Origin: Acaryochloris marina MBIC11017
GTDB taxonomy: Bacteria > Cyanobacteriota > Cyanobacteriia > Thermosynechococcales > Thermosynechococcaceae
Reading direction: 5' to 3'
Assembly (NCBI RefSeq): GCF_000018105.1
Contig: NC_009925.1
Location: 5,550,001-5,582,000 of the forward strand
Length of the DNA: 32,000 nucleotides
Of this stretch, positions 27,721 to 32,000 are shown piece by piece. The translations under genes were made by a program, and so were the position numbers. The stretch's first letter is position 1, and every line of letters begins with the position of its first letter. Below the pieces are notes generated by a model. It ran no database searches. It was not told the origin of the DNA and saw only the letters and a program-made list of their open reading frames with translations.

Positions 27721-27954
27721 TATCGATACTGATAAAGAGATATAAAGAAGGACTTTGGTTGAAGATCGCAGATTTTAGGGCAGAAGGGGATACTAAAAAC
27801 GAGATATGGCGAAATTAAATAAGAATCTTGAACTACTCTGGCTGCTTGTATTATTTCATGAATTGCCAGCGTACCTTGCAGATCGGAACTGGATAAAAAA
27901 AGATGGACTTAGACCTGGCCTAAGGTGATATTTCCCAAAGAAGTGGCAATCTGA

Positions 27955-29961
27955 TCAAGGGGACTGTTGACCGAGGAGTTTAGATCTTAGATTCTTGATG
28001 CGATCGCGATATTTTGCGGCCTCCTCAAACTCCAGATTCTTCGCAGCTTCTTTCATCTGTGCTTCCAACTGGGTGATCAACTCTGGCACGCTTTCCAAGG
28101 GCAAATCATCCGCTTGTTCATAAGCATCTTCAAGTTCCTGGGTATTGAGGCGGCGGGAGACTTCCAGAAAGGCCAAAATCGCATTGTCAGATCCTTTTTT
28201 GACCGGTTGTGGAGTGATGCCATGTTTTTTATTGTAGGCAAGCTGAATCTTACGCCGCCGTTCAGTTTCGGAAATCGCCTTCTCCATACTATCCGTTAGA
28301 TTATCGGCATAGAGAATCGCTTGGCCCCGGACATGTCGTGCAGCCCGGCCAATGGTTTGAATCAATGAGCGTTCAGCTCTGAGAAACCCTTCCTTGTCTG
28401 CATCCAAGATCGCCACGAGAGAAACTTCCGGTAAGTCCAATCCCTCTCGCAATAAATTGACTCCAATGAGCACATCAAATACGCCCTCCCGTAGATCCCT
28501 TAAAATTTCAATGCGTTGAATGGCATTAATTTCTGAGTGCAAATAGCGAACGCGTACCCCCCGCTCTTCAAAGTACTCCGTCAGGTCCTCCGCCATCCGT
28601 TTAGTTAGAGTCGTAATTAACGTCCGTTCTTGTCGCCCCACCCGCTCTTGAATTTCAGCCAATAAATCGTCCACTTGGCCTGTTGTTGGACGCACAAAAA
28701 TTTCTGGATCGACAACGCCAGTGGGTCGAATCACTTGTTCAACCACGCGATTCTCTGATAACTCGATTTCCCAAAGGCCGGGAGTCGCTGATACAAATAC
28801 ACACTGCCCCACTTTCTGCCAAAATTCCTCAGACTTGAGAGGACGATTATCTGCTGCACTGGGGAGCCGAAAACCGTGATCAATCAAAACCTTTTTACGG
28901 GCCTGATCACCGTTATACATGCCTCGAATCTGAGGTACGGTCACATGGGACTCATCCACAATTAATAACCAGTCCTTGGGGAAATAATCTACCAGGCATT
29001 CTGGCGGCTCTCCCGCCTGCCGACCCGCCAGATGGCGAGAATAATTCTCCACGCCGTTGCAATAGCCCACCTCTCGTAACATTTCCAAATCGTATCGAGT
29101 GCGCTGATTCAATCGCTGAGCTTCCAACAGTTTCCCAGCTCCTTCTAGGTGCTCAACTTGGGCTGTTCTCTCCGCGTCAATGGCTTCAACGGCCATCTCC
29201 AATCGCTCTGTAGGAGTTACGAAGTGGCGTGCAGGGTATACATTCAGTCCTTCCAAACTCTGTAATGTCTCTCCAGTAACGGGATCGACATAGCGAATGG
29301 CATCGATCTCATCCCCAAAAAACTCTACCCGAATAATCCGGTCTTCATAGGCTGGACCAATTTCCAGAACATCACCTTTGACACGAAATCGCCCTCGCCC
29401 TAAGTCCACATCATTACGGGTATATTGCACGGCTGCCAGATTTCGTAGCAACTGCCGCTGATCGACCTCGGCTCCAACCTTAAGGGGGATTGATGCCTTA
29501 AGGTACTCAGCGGGAATCCCCAAGCCGTAAATACAGCTGATCGACGCCACGACGATGACATCCTGACGTTCAAAGAGTGACCGTGTGGCCGAATGCCGCA
29601 GCATATCAATTTCTTCATTGATAGAAGCTGTTTTTTCAATAAAGGTATCCGTGACCGGAATATAGGCTTCAGGTTGGTAATAGTCGTAATAGCTGATGAA
29701 ATACTCAACGGCATTGTTGGGAAAAAACGAACGAATTTCGTTGCATAGCTGTGCAGCTAGGGTTTTGTTATGGGCCAAGATTAGCGTGGGTTTACCAATC
29801 TCTTCAATCACTTTTGCCATGGTGAAGGTTTTACCCGTCCCCGTCGCACCCAGCAACGTTTGCCTAGAATGGCCAGACTGAAGGTGCGTTGTTAGTTTCT
29901 CAATAGCTTGGGGTTGATCACCTTTAGGAACAAACGGAGCATGAAGGTCAAAAGCTGTCAT
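27955..29961 (-). CDS. uvrB: Excinuclease ABC subunit B
   Basis: Walker A is GATGTGKTF, the DESH box is present, helicase motifs are present, and the C-terminal UVR domain is [13 protein letters not shown]. The product is 668 aa. Confidence 0.97.
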   Translation of the reverse strand: MTAFDLHAPFVPKGDQPQAIEKLTTHLQSGHSRQTLLGATGTGKTFTMAKVIEEIGKPTLILAHNKTLAAQLCNEIRSFFPNNAVEYFISYYDYYQPEAYIPVTDTFIEKTASINEEIDMLRHSATRSLFERQDVIVVASISCIYGLGIPAEYLKASIPLKVGAEVDQRQLLRNLAAVQYTRNDVDLGRGRFRVKGDVLEIGPAYEDRIIRVEFFGDEIDAIRYVDPVTGETLQSLEGLNVYPARHFVTPTERLEMAVEAIDAERTAQVEHLEGAGKLLEAQRLNQRTRYDLEMLREVGYCNGVENYSRHLAGRQAGEPPECLVDYFPKDWLLIVDESHVTVPQIRGMYNGDQARKKVLIDHGFRLPSAADNRPLKSEEFWQKVGQCVFVSATPGLWEIELSENRVVEQVIRPTGVVDPEIFVRPTTGQVDDLLAEIQERVGRQERTLITTLTKRMAEDLTEYFEERGVRVRYLHSEINAIQRIEILRDLREGVFDVLIGVNLLREGLDLPEVSLVAILDADKEGFLRAERSLIQTIGRAARHVRGQAILYADNLTDSMEKAISETERRRKIQLAYNKKHGITPQPVKKGSDNAILAFLEVSRRLNTQELEDAYEQADDLPLESVPELITQLEAQMKEAAKNLEFEEAAKYRDRIKNLRSKLLGQQSP
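28000..28007. repeat. HIP1 octamer GCGATCGC
   Basis: Exact match read from the sequence. Confidence 0.95.
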
Positions 29962-30042
29962 TGGGGCGAAGAGGTGACTGCCTCTTTATAATGCCGAATT
30001 TTTCGAACTACGGCAGCAGCATGACATAGAACAATACCCCCC

Positions 30043-30058
30043 CGTGACAACTGTCACG
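30043..30058. promoter_or_regulatory. CRP/FNR-family-type palindrome cGTGA-N6-TCACg in the uvrB / orphan-ORF divergent spacer
   Basis: CGTGACAACTGTCACG has 7-bp perfect arms. The GTGA-N6-TCAC core equals the CRP consensus TGTGA-N6-TCACA apart from the outermost base of each half. Confidence 0.35.
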
Positions 30059-30180
30059 TTCAGTCCCATTTCCTCCGCCTAAATTATAAATAACCAAGGA
30101 CTCAAATCAAAGCAGGTAAAACAGCCCCTACATAGAGGATTCACGCTTTCTGCTTGAGTCACAGAAAGGAGTAATACATC

Positions 30181-30561
30181 ATGTCTAAGTTCAATAAGAT
30201 TTCTGCAAAAGCACTGGTAATGGCATCTGTGGCCGTAGGTGTTCAAGCGGTCAGTACCTTTGGTGCATTTGCTGGCCCTGCCCTCTTTTATCGCTACGGC
30301 ACGGTTCGACTCAATCAGCGGGATTGTATGCGCAGGGCTTCTGTTTCCCTAAGACGAGAAGGTCTCAATGTCCGGAGGCCAGAAGTGAATATCAACAATA
30401 CCCCGTTTATCTTTGCTGACAATGAAGATTATTCTGCCATTATCGATTGTTCTCAGTTTGCCAAACGATATCGTGCCAATAAGCGTGTCACTGTGATGGT
30501 CAGCGGTTATGGAAGAGGCGCAAATACCCTTTCCAGCGCATTGATTGACAACATGTACTAA
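30181..30561 (+). CDS. Small secreted protein of unknown family (126 aa)
   Basis: An AAGGAG Shine-Dalgarno lies 8 nt upstream of the ATG. The signal peptide has an AFA-G cleavage motif. The mature part is basic and has two Cys. A hairpin follows. I recognise no family. Confidence 0.6.
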   Translation: MSKFNKISAKALVMASVAVGVQAVSTFGAFAGPALFYRYGTVRLNQRDCMRRASVSLRREGLNVRRPEVNINNTPFIFADNEDYSAIIDCSQFAKRYRANKRVTVMVSGYGRGANTLSSALIDNMY

Positions 30562-30586
30562 CCCGAGCATTCTCAACATAAAAATT

Positions 30587-30624
30587 AAGGCCGGACTGGT
30601 TCTTAATAGAGCTAGTCCGGCCTT
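30587..30624. terminator. 11-bp hairpin between convergent genes; good terminator for the minus-strand GH57 gene, weaker for the plus-strand ORF
   Basis: AAGGCCGGACT (30587-30597) pairs with AGTCCGGCCTT (30614-30624). On the minus strand it is followed by AAUUUUUAU. On the plus strand it is followed by AUAUGG. Confidence 0.7.
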
Positions 30625-30647
30625 ATATGGTCGAAAGGGGAAAATTC

Positions 30648-32000
30648 CTACTTCAGTAAATCCTCTCCCCGTCGAAATAGTTCACGGGCATAGTCAGTCC
30701 AAGTCCCTTGACCCCAATATCGGAAACAACTCGTCTCTACTAGGAGAACGTAAAGTAAAGCTTCCTGATAATCGGGCCGTTGAGTCGTACTTGGATCCGC
30801 TTGAACGAGGGGATCATATTTCTGATGAAACATAGCGCTCAACTGGTTCATGGGTTCGAGAACATTCTCATATCCCTTCACCCAGCTCAAGTCATCCGTC
30901 CAAGAGGCCCCATCCATATGGAATTGGTGATCGGTAGCTTGTAGCTCTTTAATTGCAGTTTCGACCTTCTCTGGGCTAACCGCATCGGTCCCAATCTTAT
31001 TCCAGATTTTATGTTGGCCTACAGCCTGGCAAGTGGGGTAATCGTCTGGATTCACACCCGCAGCATCCAATAGCTCTAAATACTCCGTACCATGGATGCC
31101 AGCGACCCCAGCCCCTTGATCTTTCAGCTCATGCCAAACGGGTTGGTAGTCCCGGGCGAATTCATTCATCATCACGCCCCCATTCTCACCATCGGCGATT
31201 TGGGTTACGCAGGAGGGTACTGAGATGCCTCCAATCTCTTGACGTCCCCGACCTTTAGCCTCGTGGTAAGGCTGCATTTGGGCAACCAACTTCGTATCAG
31301 ACCCTTGAGTTTTGATCAAAGCAGTAATGCTGATGGTCTCGCCTTTTGAATTGCGAGCCACGAGCTGATTAGGGATGTACTTATCGTCATGCCATAAGCC
31401 GGATCCGTCTAATCGCTCAACAGAATGCTCTTGCACCATCAACCAACGATAGCCACATTCCTTTAGGGCTTTAATGTATTCAAAAAGGGTATCAGGATGG
31501 TTGGGAAGATGCATCTCCGGGGGAGAGAAGCCTTTGACCCGCTTGAGAGCCTCATCTCCAAATAGGCTGGCAAAATACTGCTGCCAGGCTTGAATTTGCA
31601 ATTTCAAATCGGGGATTGGTGTGGAAGGAGCTACAGCATGACTCCACATGGTTCCCAACCATTCAACATAGGGTTGATACTGCGGATTGCAAGTCAGCTT
31701 TTTCAGGTTATCCAGAACATCGTCTCGTCCCATCTGTTGGAGTCCCCACAGGAGGTTGCCGGAGTAATCCAGCATGATTCGTGGGGAACAACCCGCACTC
31801 ACTAATTCAGGGATGAAATCACCCATGCGGCTGTAACACCAGGCAAACACTTCAGCGTTATGGTTATCGCCATCACCAGGGTTCTCAAACATATGCTGCA
31901 GATTGCTGATGAGCGCTCCTTGTGGGCCCGCTGGGATAGTGGGCTGATGCATATGGAGGGCACAAGCAAAACTGGAGTAGATGTTCTCTAACCGTAAATC
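30648..32000 (-). CDS. Glycoside hydrolase family 57 protein; N-terminus runs off the window
   Basis: The reading frame stays open upstream of the track Met to base 32000 (DLRLENIYSSFACALHMHQP). The GH57 region I motif is HMHQP, with later WLMVQEHS and ADGENGGVMMNEF (candidate catalytic Glu and Asp regions). Confidence 0.8.
   Translation of the reverse strand, partial: DLRLENIYSSFACALHMHQPTIPAGPQGALISNLQHMFENPGDGDNHNAEVFAWCYSRMGDFIPELVSAGCSPRIMLDYSGNLLWGLQQMGRDDVLDNLKKLTCNPQYQPYVEWLGTMWSHAVAPSTPIPDLKLQIQAWQQYFASLFGDEALKRVKGFSPPEMHLPNHPDTLFEYIKALKECGYRWLMVQEHSVERLDGSGLWHDDKYIPNQLVARNSKGETISITALIKTQGSDTKLVAQMQPYHEAKGRGRQEIGGISVPSCVTQIADGENGGVMMNEFARDYQPVWHELKDQGAGVAGIHGTEYLELLDAAGVNPDDYPTCQAVGQHKIWNKIGTDAVSPEKVETAIKELQATDHQFHMDGASWTDDLSWVKGYENVLEPMNQLSAMFHQKYDPLVQADPSTTQRPDYQEALLYVLLVETSCFRYWGQGTWTDYARELFRRGEDLLK

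Noticed and set aside
27806-27928. A 40-aa plus-strand ORF (MAKLNKNLELLWLLVLFHELPAYLADRNWIKKDGLRPGLR) in the uvrB-histidine kinase spacer.
   Set aside because: It has no convincing Shine-Dalgarno and no recognisable family. It sits where the minus-strand uvrB terminator and kinase promoter are expected, so the evidence is insufficient.
30043-30058. The palindrome read as a LexA (SOS) box controlling uvrB.
   Set aside because: It does not fit the cyanobacterial LexA consensus RGTAC-N3-DGTWCB or the Gram-positive or E. coli boxes. The GTGA-N6-TCAC spacing fits CRP-family sites better.

Overview
This 32-kb window looks like chromosome from a cyanobacterium. It holds nine exact HIP1 octamers (GCGATCGC), a divergent psbN/psbH pair, plant-type ferredoxin petF, and the acpP-fabF-tkt arrangement. 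About 30 protein-coding genes are tightly packed and mostly conserved housekeeping. They are remA (partial), an NFACT/RqcH-like gene, a STAS antagonist, a DUF721/DciA-like gene, a TPR protein, pyrH, frr, an FAD oxidoreductase, selO, an SBP-OmpA fusion, psbN, psbH, tatA, pth, petF, moaA, an AraC regulator, a VOC protein, a membrane EEP nuclease/phosphatase, tkt, fabF, acpP, pip, a CCG-domain Fe-S protein, a kinase-like protein, a histidine kinase, uvrB, a small secreted orphan and a GH57 hydrolase (partial). I found no rRNA, tRNA or CRISPR array. The only mobile DNA is a decayed IS scar at about 2969-4366: a frameshifted IS4-superfamily transposase next to an IS1-like zinc-ribbon remnant. psbN (46 aa) is missing from the supplied ORF track and was recovered by hand translation. 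Several track ORFs start at upstream non-ATG codons and were trimmed to the likely ATG (STAS, DUF721, TPR, pyrH, frr, fabF, acpP, pip). I do not see a convincing new multi-gene system such as a defence island or toxin module, and the region is largely ordinary core genome. The items most worth a second look are a membrane-anchored predicted pseudokinase convergent with a histidine kinase carrying a degenerate receiver, a CRP-type palindrome upstream of an orphan secreted protein, the acpP-fabF stem-loop, and the nested IS decay. All calls rest on hand translation and motif recognition. No database search was run.
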